60,490 nucleotides of DNA, taken from a virus. Taxonomy: Duplodnaviria; Caudoviricetes. The stretch covers positions 1 to 60,490 of the IMG/VR virus record IMGVR_UViG_3300035181_000419; one strand, written 5' to 3'. Position numbers and translations under genes: made by a program. Positions 19,098-28,983 of the stretch are shown piece by piece. Each line of letters starts with the position of its first letter. Position 1 is the first letter of the stretch. The notes beneath the pieces were generated by a model, which was given only the letters and a program-made list of their open reading frames with translations, had not been told where the DNA came from and searched no databases.

Positions 19098-20309
19098 TTA
19101 AGTGCGCGAAATGCCGATGTTAGTGGACTGAAGGGAGATGTCTCCGGCACCCGAGCCGGGCGCGGCGGCAGTCTGAGCGACCATCGTGGAGCCCACAGGA
19201 ACAATGACGGTCAACACAGTAGCCGTCACTGCTGACACGACCCAGTCCCCGTTGTTTCCAGGGGTCGTGGCATTCTTGAGCGTAATGATATCGCCGACGT
19301 TGAACCCTTCAGTGATGAAACTAGTGAACGAACCTCCGACAGCCTTTGTGAGCGTAGCCGTGAGAGCCGTCGTGGTAGGGGACGCAGCGCTGATTGCGAG
19401 TGTGGTTCCAGCGGCAGAGGAAATGGCGTTGTCGTGCAGCGCCGTGAATGGCAGTGTCATGATGGTCGCGCCATCCTTAGGAGGTGCAATTTCTGCGCCC
19501 GTGTATTTAATGCGCGGCAGATTGATGGTGAACGCGCCGCCCACTGGGTCAACCAGCGTCATGTTGAGCGAACTCTCGGTTTCGTTCAGAAACTTATTCA
19601 GAAGAACCAAGTCCTTGAACAGAGCCGTGATGGTGCCAGTGACAGAGGAGCGGCCATTGAAAGTGGCGGGGGAGGTGTTGGCGCCGATCACGCCCACCTG
19701 ACCGATGCCGTTGTCCAGATTGATGTCACATCCGGTGACGTAGGCAATGGGGGTGCCACCCTCGGTGATCGTTCCACCCGCATAGCTCACCGGACTAGAA
19801 GTCCCAGCAGCGATAGTGCTGTTGACGGCCTGAACAGTGCCCGCAGTGGCATCCTGTCCGAGGATATCAAATGAGACGCCCACCATGGCGCCGGGTTTGA
19901 TGGTGAGCTTCATCTTCGAGATGCTGCACCCGAAGAACAGCCGATACTGAGCAGCGGTAAGATCAGGGAACGCCTGCTCCAAAACATATGATCGGAGCGT
20001 GGTGCCAGAACGCAGGTTCTTGTTAGACCAAGTTCCCTGGAGAGCGCCCTGAAGGAAATCATCCCAGTCCCCCAGCATGAGGTCGCCCTCGATGGATCCC
20101 TCCACCTTACGCATTCCGTGCCGAACATCGCTAATCCCGCGGTCTGCCCGAACTTCGTCAGTGGTATAGGTGTCCTTCTTGAGGCCCATGTTAGACGGCT
20201 TCGCGCGAAGCGTCTTCATTGGAATGGTGGGAGAAAGACCCTTGTCTCCGTAGACAGTTTCAAGAGCCTGCCTCCAGGTTACGGTAGAGCCAGAAGAATA
20301 AGTTGCCAC
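19098..20309 (-). CDS. Major tail tube protein with C-terminal accessory domain
   Basis: DEVRADR, LPRIKY, tube-like core plus ~100-aa C-terminal extension; GTG start with GGAGG RBS. Confidence 0.85.
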   Translation of the reverse strand: MATYSSGSTVTWRQALETVYGDKGLSPTIPMKTLRAKPSNMGLKKDTYTTDEVRADRGISDVRHGMRKVEGSIEGDLMLGDWDDFLQGALQGTWSNKNLRSGTTLRSYVLEQAFPDLTAAQYRLFFGCSISKMKLTIKPGAMVGVSFDILGQDATAGTVQAVNSTIAAGTSSPVSYAGGTITEGGTPIAYVTGCDINLDNGIGQVGVIGANTSPATFNGRSSVTGTITALFKDLVLLNKFLNETESSLNMTLVDPVGGAFTINLPRIKYTGAEIAPPKDGATIMTLPFTALHDNAISSAAGTTLAISAASPTTTALTATLTKAVGGSFTSFITEGFNVGDIITLKNATTPGNNGDWVVSAVTATVLTVIVPVGSTMVAQTAAAPGSGAGDISLQSTNIGISRT

Positions 20310-20318
20310 GGTTCCCTC

Positions 20319-20732
20319 CTAGAAGTTGTGGTATGCGTTGTAGTGGACGGAGACTGGCAGGATCCACCAATCTGTGTCTTGATCAGCGGCTTTAGTGCCG
20401 AGGGTAGACTTGTAAAATACCACATCGCCGCCGCCAGCGGGGAGGGAAGTGCCAGGTTTTAGCGCCTTGGCGATTGTCTCAGCCAATTCAGTCGCGGCAC
20501 CGCCGCCTGAACCCGCTGGGAAGTGAATCAGGATACGCATGATACCTTCGGTGTCCATCACACCCGAAAGTCCGATGGTAAGAGGGGCCGTATCAACCGG
20601 AATATGAAGAATTTCAATGAATGGGTTGGGAGGCGCAGAAGAAAATGCGACGTTCTCTGGGTAAACAGGGCACCCAAGATTAAGGGACTGAACTTTCTGT
20701 TCAAGTGCGGAATAGATGGAGTTCCAGTTCAT
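20319..20732 (-). CDS. Tail terminator protein (DUF4128-like)
   Basis: YPENVAF, P.G.G, WWILPVSVHY; synteny. Confidence 0.75.
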   Translation of the reverse strand: MNWNSIYSALEQKVQSLNLGCPVYPENVAFSSAPPNPFIEILHIPVDTAPLTIGLSGVMDTEGIMRILIHFPAGSGGGAATELAETIAKALKPGTSLPAGGGDVVFYKSTLGTKAADQDTDWWILPVSVHYNAYHNF

Positions 20733-21124
20733 TTCACGCCCCGAATTCTTCGGCGAGTTCTGGAAATCACAGCCGCTGTGATGCCATATTTATTTTCAAT
20801 TATTTGGATGTAGGGCACCCCGTTGCACAGAAAGATTCTGTCTCCCATTTTGATCTTGGGAATCTTAATAGCGGGGGGATCTGTCTTGGATTTGCGTGGC
20901 GGGCGAATCGGGCCCATTGCGAGGCCTTCGTTGGGCTCTCCAATTGACACAGCCCATGACCCGCGTGCCCAACCAGAATCTACATGACCGCTGGTAGTGA
21001 ACGCATCGTGGACTTCTTCCATCATTATTTCTACGATCTCAGTTAGCTGCTCCGCTAGTTGGGCAGCTCGCTTCTTGGTGAATTTCTCCACCGAAGACCG
21101 AAATGATAGGTTCTTTCCGTTCAC
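20729..21124 (-). CDS. Neck/tail completion protein (HK97 gp10-like)
   Basis: VDSGWARGSW, NGVPYIQIIE. Confidence 0.75.
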   Translation of the reverse strand: MNGKNLSFRSSVEKFTKKRAAQLAEQLTEIVEIMMEEVHDAFTTSGHVDSGWARGSWAVSIGEPNEGLAMGPIRPPRKSKTDPPAIKIPKIKMGDRIFLCNGVPYIQIIENKYGITAAVISRTRRRIRGVK

Positions 21125-21474
21125 TTAGACACCAAAACTTCGTAGAGTACGATCTTTGACTTAACCCAGATGGCCTTCTGGGAGAATGCGGTGTAGGTGA
21201 TGCCATCAACTGTCACGTAGTCCCCATCATAAACCGGGGAAGTGGTTAGCACGCGAAGACTTCCTGACCTGTTAAGCTCGCCTTTTCTGAACTGCTCCGC
21301 CCTAAGTTGCGATGTTTCGCTCCCGAATCCATCGAGGATGCCATAAATCGTAACCTCTGGCTGAACCGCATTGACAACAGTTCTTGTGATTGGATCATAG
21401 ACCCCACTAGAGCCCGACATCTTTTTCCACAAGAGTTTCTTGCCATTGCGTTTGATGACAGGCGCCAGATTCAT
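21121..21474 (-). CDS. Head closure (stopper) protein
   Basis: YDPIT motif, synteny after adaptor. Confidence 0.65.
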   Translation of the reverse strand: MNLAPVIKRNGKKLLWKKMSGSSGVYDPITRTVVNAVQPEVTIYGILDGFGSETSQLRAEQFRKGELNRSGSLRVLTTSPVYDGDYVTVDGITYTAFSQKAIWVKSKIVLYEVLVSK

Positions 21475-21965
21475 ACACGACCGACCTTGCCCATACCGTT
21501 CGGATACCCGGTTAAGTAGGGCCGAATCATTTCCGTGACAGAATCAGGAAGAAGTTTTCTCTGGTAGTAATCAGGATCTTTGACCGGACCGACCTTGCCA
21601 TTAACGGACACCAGCCCGCCTTCGTCAAGAGAACGGTCTTCCCCGAGCAAGGCCATAGCCAGCTCTGCTGTCGCTTCCTTTAAGAATTGCGGAATGATAT
21701 CGTAGGGAACATACCTACGATCGCGATCCGTAAGTCCACTTCGTGGAAATCGCAGTGACTGCGACAGGGTCCACTTGAACCCCGCCCAGGGCTGCTGATC
21801 AAGAATTCTGGTCGCCCACATGAGGGCGGTCTCTTTCGCAGCATTGGTCGCAGAAGTCCAATTATCATTGAAGCCCCGCGTCAGGAAATAGTCCTCAGCG
21901 TCGCTTACCGAACAGTAAGAGTTCGCAGTGGAAGTTCCCACAGTTGCATCAATGACAACGGCCAT
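21471..21965 (-). CDS. Head-tail adaptor (DnaT-like family)
   Basis: ANSYCSVSDAEDYF, QSLRFPR, IPQFLKEATAELA. Confidence 0.8.
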   Translation of the reverse strand: MAVVIDATVGTSTANSYCSVSDAEDYFLTRGFNDNWTSATNAAKETALMWATRILDQQPWAGFKWTLSQSLRFPRSGLTDRDRRYVPYDIIPQFLKEATAELAMALLGEDRSLDEGGLVSVNGKVGPVKDPDYYQRKLLPDSVTEMIRPYLTGYPNGMGKVGRV

Positions 21966-21972
21966 GCGTCAC

Positions 21973-22152
21973 CTACTTCTTCGAGGGCTTGGCCTCGGGA
22001 GCCTCGGGAGCCTTGAACGGATCTACCTCAACGAAGATTTCATGCGTGCCTTCCACGAAGTCTTCTTTATTGATAAGCATGAAGCCTTCGGCGAAGGGCG
22101 CCACTACTTTGACAGTGTCTTTCGGCATGGGGCCGGGGGTGAGCTCAGGCAT
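21973..22152 (-). CDS. Small protein after capsid gene (59 aa, not in ORF track)
   Basis: MPELTPGPMPKDTVKV...INKEDF...PSKK, AGGAG RBS. Confidence 0.6.
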   Translation of the reverse strand: MPELTPGPMPKDTVKVVAPFAEGFMLINKEDFVEGTHEIFVEVDPFKAPEAPEAKPSKK

Positions 22153-22177
22153 CTTGGTTCTCCTAGAAAGGTTATTT

Positions 22178-22216
22178 GAAAACAGCCGCCCAACGGCATG
22201 AACCGTCAGGCGGCTG
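22178..22216 (-). terminator. Rho-independent terminator after major capsid gene
   Basis: CAGCCGCC...GGCGGCTG followed by TTTT on minus strand. Confidence 0.65.
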
Positions 22217-22234
22217 GGTTACTCCGCCCGGTTA

Positions 22235-23392
22235 TTAACCGAACAGGCGCGCGCCGAGCTCTTCACGCACAATGTCCACACCCCAGAGCAGGTCGAAGGC
22301 CCACCGAACGCGGTGGAACTCTTCCCGAACCTGGAGACGCAGGGTCAGACCACTGACAGGATCAGCAACCTGCATAGAGTTGGGATTGGGCTCCGCTCCG
22401 GCGACGTGCTCCAGGGTGCGAGAAGCGAACCCAAAACAGTCAGCATGGAACGCGAGGTTCACTCGGTGGCTGGCCTTCACGGTGATGGCTTCGGAGCCGC
22501 TCAGGGCCATAGCGAGCGGCTGATTGATCGTGAGGCTGACATCAGTAGCAGCGGCGGCCTGAGTCGCAGCAGCGGCCAAAGAATAGGTCCTCGGATGGCC
22601 AGCGATGGCGATGACATCACCCGCAACCAAGGCGCAAGCGCCGGTGGAGGCTGCGGTCGTTGCCAGGAAGGTCTTGGTCCCAGCCGCCACAGGAGTGGAA
22701 GCCTTGGCAGCGAGCCCAGTGGTGATGGTTCCAGCGGTGTGCTGAGGAACCTGCTGGTCCTCAAACCAGTTGAAGCCATACTTGCGGCCAATTTCGCCTT
22801 CGCGCATGACATTGGGGTCGCTACTGTTGAGCGCATAGGCGAAGGCACCGAGCTTGAGGGCATTGCCCATGGCCACGGTGTCAAGAACGAGCCGGCGGTC
22901 GCCGATGGGGGCCTTCCAGGTCGTCAGCAGTTCCTTCAGATCCACTGCGTTATCAACAGCGGTCGCGAAGGGAGCAGTGCCAGGGGTGCCGGTGCTGAGG
23001 CCGAGTTTCTTATACTTGCTGAAGATCGTGCTGTTCACATACTCAGCAAGTGCCACGACAGCGGCATTGGCCTGACGAGCGGGGTAGCCCGCAGCGGCCT
23101 GAGCCATTTCCTGCTCGGTCAGCGTGAAAGGAGCCTCACGCCAGTAGTCGAGGGAAATCTGCGCGACGGTAGGAGTGGAATTCCCGCTATCCGGAGCGTA
23201 GGGGCCAGGAACGACGTCGTTGGTCGCATTGGCGGAAGGGATGGGAATGGTCACCACCTGACCCTTTTCCATCGCGTTGGTGGAGAAGCTGTTGTTCACC
23301 ATGCTGGGCATGACGCAGTTGCCCCGGAGAACATTCAGCCCCTGTGCAAAGATCACAGGGATGATTGCGGAAATATTGTTGGACAGGGCCAT
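22235..23392 (-). CDS. Major capsid protein (P22 coat-like, with insertion domain)
   Basis: KGQVVTIPIP, GEIGRKYGFNWFEDQ, NLAFH, FDLLWG; GGAGG RBS. Confidence 0.9.
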   Translation of the reverse strand: MALSNNISAIIPVIFAQGLNVLRGNCVMPSMVNNSFSTNAMEKGQVVTIPIPSANATNDVVPGPYAPDSGNSTPTVAQISLDYWREAPFTLTEQEMAQAAAGYPARQANAAVVALAEYVNSTIFSKYKKLGLSTGTPGTAPFATAVDNAVDLKELLTTWKAPIGDRRLVLDTVAMGNALKLGAFAYALNSSDPNVMREGEIGRKYGFNWFEDQQVPQHTAGTITTGLAAKASTPVAAGTKTFLATTAASTGACALVAGDVIAIAGHPRTYSLAAAATQAAAATDVSLTINQPLAMALSGSEAITVKASHRVNLAFHADCFGFASRTLEHVAGAEPNPNSMQVADPVSGLTLRLQVREEFHRVRWAFDLLWGVDIVREELGARLFG

Positions 23393-23498
23393 GCCTGTGC
23401 CTCCTATGAAGTGAAGATGGTTTTATGCTTGATCCCGTGTATGGCTCCACCATACTGTTTCGGGCGAGCAACCACCGGAAGCTCCGCAACTGAAATGA

Positions 23499-23527
23499 AG
23501 TATAAGCCCGTTCCTGGCCCCGCGCAA
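23499..23527 (-). promoter_or_regulatory. Sigma70-like promoter for capsid gene
   Basis: TTGCGC-N17-TATACT. Confidence 0.7.
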
Positions 23528-23539
23528 GTATTTGTGCAA

Positions 23540-23569
23540 AATAAAAGAGCCTCCGAAGAGGCCCTTTTC
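23540..23569 (-). terminator. Terminator after scaffold gene
   Basis: AAAAGGGCCTC-TTCG-GAGGCTCTTTTATTTT. Confidence 0.75.
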
Positions 23570-23598
23570 CACTCGAATCCTTTTTAGGGGATACGACT

Positions 23599-24348
23599 CT
23601 AAACTACCTTGATCTGGCCCTTTGCGATGGCGTCCAAGTTATTCAGGATACCCATTTGATCGCTTCGGCTGATGGTGCCGGGGGCGGCAGCGCCTTTGTT
23701 CTGCTGACCTCCGGTGGCGCCGCCGCCCTTCGACTCATTGAACAGGTGCCCAGCGACGGCAGGAAGGTTTGACATCCACTCATCAATTCCAAGCGGATCT
23801 ACTCCTGTCTTTCCATACTTGATGTTGTCGCCTTCCATGGCAACGGCCACACCGTCACGAACCTGGAAAGTGGCACGGGCTCGGAATAGGACATCCTCCA
23901 TAGCCGACGGCTTGACGCCATGTTTCGCGGCCGCAGTCTGAACTGCGTTATCAATAACCAGTTTGTTGAGCTGGGTTTCCAAGGATGTGACTTTGGCCCG
24001 CTCATTGCCAAGTTCTCCCTGAAGGCTCTCACGCAGAGCCTTGGTCCTCAGCTCGGTGAGCTCATCAACCTTGCCAGCGGCAATAAGCTGACCCTCCAAG
24101 ATCTGCTGTTCATGAGTAAGCATCACCTTATACTTCTCAGGATCAACATCCTTGAACTTGGCAAGACCATCCTTCGTGCCTCGGAGTTCCTCTCGAACAT
24201 TGATCAGCGAACTCTTGAGGCCGCGCACGCCGGGGTGGTCTTCTACATTGACGTCAAGGGCGAAGGTTCCATCCCCGACGGGCTTGTATTCTCCCTGAAG
24301 GGCCTCCGGCACTTCTGAAAGTGACTTGATTACTGCGGGCAAAGCCAT
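23599..24348 (-). CDS. Capsid scaffolding protein
   Basis: Coiled coil, GLKSSL, HLF...GGGA tail; upstream of capsid. Confidence 0.85.
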   Translation of the reverse strand: MALPAVIKSLSEVPEALQGEYKPVGDGTFALDVNVEDHPGVRGLKSSLINVREELRGTKDGLAKFKDVDPEKYKVMLTHEQQILEGQLIAAGKVDELTELRTKALRESLQGELGNERAKVTSLETQLNKLVIDNAVQTAAAKHGVKPSAMEDVLFRARATFQVRDGVAVAMEGDNIKYGKTGVDPLGIDEWMSNLPAVAGHLFNESKGGGATGGQQNKGAAAPGTISRSDQMGILNNLDAIAKGQIKVV

Positions 24349-24463
24349 GTGAAACTCCTTGTCAGCACCGCTGACGTTTAATCGTTAGACCCGCTAACGA
24401 TGGTTGGGTGATGCTCGGGGAAGGCTCCCGATACGATCCAGAAGAAGATGCGCGTGTAGGTCA

Positions 24464-24724
24464 TCATGATTGAAACTCTTTCCAGGCAACCGCTGGTTCA
24501 AGTGTAAAGGTGAACCAGAACTGAATGCAAACTCTTTTTTCTAAGACTGCATCGCCATTTACGACTTTATAGGTTCCATCTGGGTTCCTAGCGTAGACCC
24601 AATACTCACCAGTGTCCGTATTCAACCTGACGACATCGTCTAGTTGCTTTCCGGTCTCATCATGGGTAAGTATTCCACGACCATCAACGGCCATCGCAAC
24701 GACACTACCCGCCTCGATGATCAT
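24464..24724 (-). CDS. Hypothetical protein (86 aa)
   Basis: ORF between portal and scaffold with AGGGG RBS. Confidence 0.6.
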   Translation of the reverse strand: MIIEAGSVVAMAVDGRGILTHDETGKQLDDVVRLNTDTGEYWVYARNPDGTYKVVNGDAVLEKRVCIQFWFTFTLEPAVAWKEFQS

Positions 24725-24733
24725 ATTGGACCC

Positions 24734-26272
24734 CTATTGTTCGGTATTCGTGGCCCTAGAAGGCGCCTTGCCTGCCCCGGTGCCGCTACCACCTGCCCCA
24801 TTGGCGCCCCCTGCGTCTGGCGCGCCGTCCTGGCTCCCAGTAGTGGGGGTGGCGGGCTGGGCGGCGGCCATCTTGGCAGCCGTGGCGGCGTCTTTGACGA
24901 CTTTTTCCTCATCCAGGACTTTTTGGAACTCATCGAAGGTGATATTCGGCTTGACAATGCCGCCGCGCTGAAGATTCCAGAACAAATCCTCATTTCGCAT
25001 GGAACCTGCCTGCCAAGCGGCCACGATCGCAGTGATTTCTTGCGCAGAAAGCGTGGCATCAATGAAATCGCGGTTCAAAGTGACTTCGATGTCGCCTTCA
25101 GCGGGGGTCACGCCTTCCCAATTCATGATATACGTGAGAGCTCGCTCAAATCCCTCTTCGATTCGGCCCACAATAGCCGAAAGTAGAGAAGTTTCGCCAC
25201 TTTGCTGAATGCGGGCCGCTTCTGCGGTCTCGACTCCGCGGCCACGCTGCGAACGCTGAAGCAACTGGGCGCCTAGCGCCGCCATCTGCTTCGTGCGATC
25301 TTCCAGTGCATCCTTGATTGCCACGAGTCCCTGACCATTAAACTCAAGATAAAACGCTTTAGAGTCGGCATTCCGCAGATTAATCGCCCCTTCTGACCCG
25401 AGATAGTAAGCCTTGCTGTCATCTACGCCGGTGAAAACAGGGGTGGGGAGCGCTGTGAAGTGCAGGCCGTGTCGATAATCGGCATCCAGCTGATAGTGAT
25501 TGATATTGACGTTCACTAGATCCAAAAGCGGGGGCTTTGAGCAACTGATTGAATCCTCGTCAGCCGAAATCATCACGAATGGAATGTGATCGATTGGAAT
25601 TCCGCGCATCGTGGGGGCCACGGTCTGCCCAGGGGTCCATTCTTCTGCGCCAGCGGTGATACCCGTTGTCTTTCGCCACAGGGTCACCGTATAGATGCCC
25701 GTTTCCATGGACAATTCTCTGATTTGTTTGACTTCAACAAGATCATACTTGTCTTTGTCGGGGGCCAGGACGGTTTCTTCCAGGATCACGGCCACGAACT
25801 TTCCATCAGACACCACCCAGTTCAGAATATTCTCTGGGTAATAGAGCTTGATGAACGCCGTTTCTCCTTCAGCCGCATCCTCGCTAAGTTTATCCACCAG
25901 TAGGCCGCACCGACCAGTGGTCAGCAATTCCTTAGTGAGTGCATGGGTGAACTGAATAGCGTTCTGCCCCGAATCTGTGATGTCTTCCATGCGATCCCGC
26001 AAAATATCAGGAACGATGAACGACGGATCTTTGCGCAGGATGGCCCCAACATATCCATTAAGCGTTCGATCGGTGGCCCCAAACCACAAGGCCCGCCCCT
26101 TGTAAGCCTCGTATGCCTGGATGCCTGTATTCGGCTCTAGGTGCCCACTGAGTCGGGGGAGGTAACTGTCGCCCTTGGCTTTGATGACATCCTGGCCTTC
26201 GACGGCGTCTCGGCACCGAGTCCACTGAGGCAGGGTCCGCTTATACTCGGGATGCTGAGAGTTGATGGGCAC
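24734..26272 (-). CDS. Portal protein (DUF4055 type)
   Basis: YLPRL, GRCGLLVD, KPPLLDLVNVNINHYQLDADY, ETAEAAR. Confidence 0.92.
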   Translation of the reverse strand: MPINSQHPEYKRTLPQWTRCRDAVEGQDVIKAKGDSYLPRLSGHLEPNTGIQAYEAYKGRALWFGATDRTLNGYVGAILRKDPSFIVPDILRDRMEDITDSGQNAIQFTHALTKELLTTGRCGLLVDKLSEDAAEGETAFIKLYYPENILNWVVSDGKFVAVILEETVLAPDKDKYDLVEVKQIRELSMETGIYTVTLWRKTTGITAGAEEWTPGQTVAPTMRGIPIDHIPFVMISADEDSISCSKPPLLDLVNVNINHYQLDADYRHGLHFTALPTPVFTGVDDSKAYYLGSEGAINLRNADSKAFYLEFNGQGLVAIKDALEDRTKQMAALGAQLLQRSQRGRGVETAEAARIQQSGETSLLSAIVGRIEEGFERALTYIMNWEGVTPAEGDIEVTLNRDFIDATLSAQEITAIVAAWQAGSMRNEDLFWNLQRGGIVKPNITFDEFQKVLDEEKVVKDAATAAKMAAAQPATPTTGSQDGAPDAGGANGAGGSGTGAGKAPSRATNTEQ

Positions 26273-26282
26273 GGTTCCTCCG

Positions 26283-26561
26283 TTACTTTTTCTTCTTGGG
26301 GTAGGCTCGGAACTGGATTTTCTTCACCGGAAACGACTTGCCAGCCTTCTTGCATTTCCTAATGAAGACCCTGTCCAAGTAGTTCGGCTTGCCGAAGGTC
26401 ACCACCATTTCTTCCCGGGATTTCCGACCAGAAGGCTTGTTACGCCAGGTTGCCTTGACCGTCGTATTTTCGTCAACGATCTTGATGGCCGTCTTCATCC
26501 CTGAGCCGATCAAGGCGTCGCACACGACAGCAAACCACTTCGCTTCGATAGCCTTCTTCAT
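26283..26561 (-). CDS. Basic hypothetical protein
   Basis: 92 aa Lys-rich, GGAG RBS, between TerL and portal. Confidence 0.7.
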   Translation of the reverse strand: MKKAIEAKWFAVVCDALIGSGMKTAIKIVDENTTVKATWRNKPSGRKSREEMVVTFGKPNYLDRVFIRKCKKAGKSFPVKKIQFRAYPKKKK

Positions 26562-26572
26562 GAAAGGACTCC

Positions 26573-27916
26573 TCAGCCGTAGTAAGTCTTAGTGACAGAA
26601 AGACTCTGCCCGCCAATAAAACGATAGACAATGTAGTATCCAAGTCCATCCGATAAGTGGGTCAGTTTCGCGTCCTGATGCTTATCAATCTCGCCACTGC
26701 CACCTTCAAGCAGCCGCACACCGTCCAAATCGCGCGATGTCATGGGGGCTCGGCTCGGGTCACAATAGAGATGCCTCTCTCCTACGACATTCAGAATGCG
26801 GCTGTTCATGCAGTTCACCCTCGCGCGCTCAGTGGGATTCGCACGAGGCACAAAATACATGAATCGTTCTCCAAAGTGCGGTTTAAGCACCGACCTGACC
26901 AGATCCCAATCAGAACCCTGGGTCGCCGACGTCTTTCTGTTCCCTCCGGTGGCGTCGCCATACACATGAACTTCACCCTGGTGCTCGCCCCACACTTCAA
27001 TGAGTTTCCGGCATACGGCCACGGTATTAGAATTCTGAGGTATGTAAACCTCGCCGATAACCTTAGTTCCGACGAGCCCGTTCGGGAGGATCCCCTCCTG
27101 GGCAACGACCGCAACGCCCGGATCCACATTGAAATCAAAGCAGAACGCGATCGGAGCCTTTGGATCGTAATCCAGTCTAGCTTTGTTCGCGTCGGTATAG
27201 TTGTAGTAGGCCCTTCCAACGAAGTTGACAAAGGATCCCTCGTATTCCTGTTGGAAGGTAAGCTCGTCCATGTCACGCTTAGCCGACTCAATCGTCTTCG
27301 CGTCTAAGACCTCAGAACTCTTCCAGTGGTAGTAACCCCACTCGCTCGCATCTCCGAACTCAATCATCTGTGCTTTGGCATACTCGGCGATGTCGTAGTA
27401 GTGATTTCTTCCTTCAGGCACGCCGATCAGATCACACCAGCCCTGCCGGTCAGCCAGTGCAGGCCGGACGTTCGCGTTCCAGGCCGACGCCTTCATGTTG
27501 CCGTATTCATCAAGGATCCCGCCGTCCCAGGGCGATCCTTCAATGCGCTCGGGCTTGTCCATGCCCACGACCATGATGGTCGAATTCATAATGGTGGTGA
27601 TGGAAAGCTCTGTTTCTGAGATCCCACGGGGGGCGACCAGCCGCTTCGGCACCAAGAGCTTCAGATCATTCCAATAGATGCGCTTGGCCTGATCCCGAGT
27701 GGGCGCCCCGCAGAAGTATCGTGGATCCGGAAAGTTGCTCGCTCCAGGCATCCCGGGTGGCATGAGCGCCCGCAGCACGAGTTTCCGCTTTGCGTTCTCT
27801 GTCTTCCCCGATCGTCGCCCCGCAGGCACCACATTGAACCTGTGGGGGGAGTTCGCATACTCCATCTGTGGCTTGATCTCGCGCAGTGGAGTCCAACGAG
27901 CGGGGAGGCTGAGCAT
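26573..27916 (-). CDS. terL: Terminase large subunit
   Basis: Walker A GRRSGKT, Walker B ILDEY, RNase H-like DFNVDP and HLSDGLGY. Confidence 0.95.
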   Translation of the reverse strand: MLSLPARWTPLREIKPQMEYANSPHRFNVVPAGRRSGKTENAKRKLVLRALMPPGMPGASNFPDPRYFCGAPTRDQAKRIYWNDLKLLVPKRLVAPRGISETELSITTIMNSTIMVVGMDKPERIEGSPWDGGILDEYGNMKASAWNANVRPALADRQGWCDLIGVPEGRNHYYDIAEYAKAQMIEFGDASEWGYYHWKSSEVLDAKTIESAKRDMDELTFQQEYEGSFVNFVGRAYYNYTDANKARLDYDPKAPIAFCFDFNVDPGVAVVAQEGILPNGLVGTKVIGEVYIPQNSNTVAVCRKLIEVWGEHQGEVHVYGDATGGNRKTSATQGSDWDLVRSVLKPHFGERFMYFVPRANPTERARVNCMNSRILNVVGERHLYCDPSRAPMTSRDLDGVRLLEGGSGEIDKHQDAKLTHLSDGLGYYIVYRFIGGQSLSVTKTYYG

Positions 27917-27930
27917 CGGCAGCCTACCCG

Positions 27931-28476
27931 CTACTCGCCGCCGGGCGCCGCGCCCTCGGCATCTGCTTCTTCCTGAAGCCTCCGCTTCACGAGGTAGGCA
28001 TTGTAGTCAGTCTCCTTACCAGACTGTTTCATCGCCTGATACAGGAAGTCTCGAACCGCGGTCGCTCCATCGTTGTCGCCCTTGGGGGCCTGATCCATAC
28101 CGAGGAACTTGGACCGTCGGTCAGAAATCTTCAGGAGGATGTCAGCGGACTTACTATCCTTGGCCGTGGCCCAATGAATCTTATGGAGCGCGTCCAGGCG
28201 GCTGAGCTCCAGGACCATCACTTCATCAAGCGTCTCCTGAAGCTCCTTGTGCAGAAGCTCCAGGCCCGTCTTCACAAGTTCCCTAGCCATGACGGTGCCA
28301 ATTCCCATGATAGCACCGATTTCCATGTAGTCATGGCCGTCCCGACGGAGCTGCATGGCTTTGAGCACTCGGAGCGAAACTCCCAGGGAGGCTTCGTCCA
28401 CGAACTCAAACACGTCCACATCTGGCGCATCGGGGGGAATTTGCAGGGGCTCCGGTTCTTTCCTAGTCTTCGCCAT
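27931..28476 (-). CDS. terS: Terminase small subunit
   Basis: HTH (G.DY.EIG..MGI), LELSRLDAL, DRRSKFLGMD; upstream of TerL. Confidence 0.8.
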   Translation of the reverse strand: MAKTRKEPEPLQIPPDAPDVDVFEFVDEASLGVSLRVLKAMQLRRDGHDYMEIGAIMGIGTVMARELVKTGLELLHKELQETLDEVMVLELSRLDALHKIHWATAKDSKSADILLKISDRRSKFLGMDQAPKGDNDGATAVRDFLYQAMKQSGKETDYNAYLVKRRLQEEADAEGAAPGGE

Positions 28477-28602
28477 GCTTGGATCCTCTGTAGTCCAGTG
28501 CCAAGTGTAGGGCTGATTGGTTGCGCGAGCAAGCCTTTATGTTCGATCCTCAGTATTTTGCGATTCCATTTGTGAGAGATATCATGAACTGGGATCTCTG
28601 TG

Positions 28603-28682
28603 GGAATAGAAACTGGGCTTCTCCGTGGTTCTATGTAGGAATAGAAACTGGGATTCTCCGATCTCTGGGATTCTCCGATCTC
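28603..28682. repeat. Short GA/TC-rich direct repeats
   Basis: GGAATAGAAACTGGG x2; CTGGGATTCTCCGATCT x2. Confidence 0.8.
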
Positions 28683-28801
28683 TGGTGCGGCGTGAACATT
28701 CCGAACACCAGCATAGATGCACCCCGAGGTGTGCGGAGTATTAGCTCCTCAGTGCTGCGAGACCAGGAGCGCGGAGCCGCCATAATGGCACTGAATGGGC
28801 A

Positions 28802-28895
28802 TATGCTTATATACCTATATACCCGTATGCTTATACACCCACCTTACACATATAATTATATGCACATATGCTTATACACCTACTATGCACATATA
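28802..28895. repeat. AT-rich short repeats
   Basis: TATGCTTATA(T/C)ACC x3; TATGCACATAT x2. Confidence 0.8.
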
Positions 28896-28939
28896 GCTAT
28901 ATAACTACATGCACAGTAAGGCATACTGTAGCCTAAAGC

Positions 28940-28965
28940 AATGCCCAGCGCATAGGCTGGGCATT
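28940..28965 (-). terminator. Hairpin after island gene
   Basis: AATGCCCAGC-N6-GCTGGGCATT. Confidence 0.6.
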
Positions 28966-28983
28966 GGTTGCCTTGCGGCTGTG

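Noticed and set aside
22313-23587. 424-aa plus-strand ORF (and similar long antisense ORFs at 2228, 26657, 34343, 42075, 50072)
   Set aside because: Shadow frames of GC3-biased real genes; no motifs or RBS.
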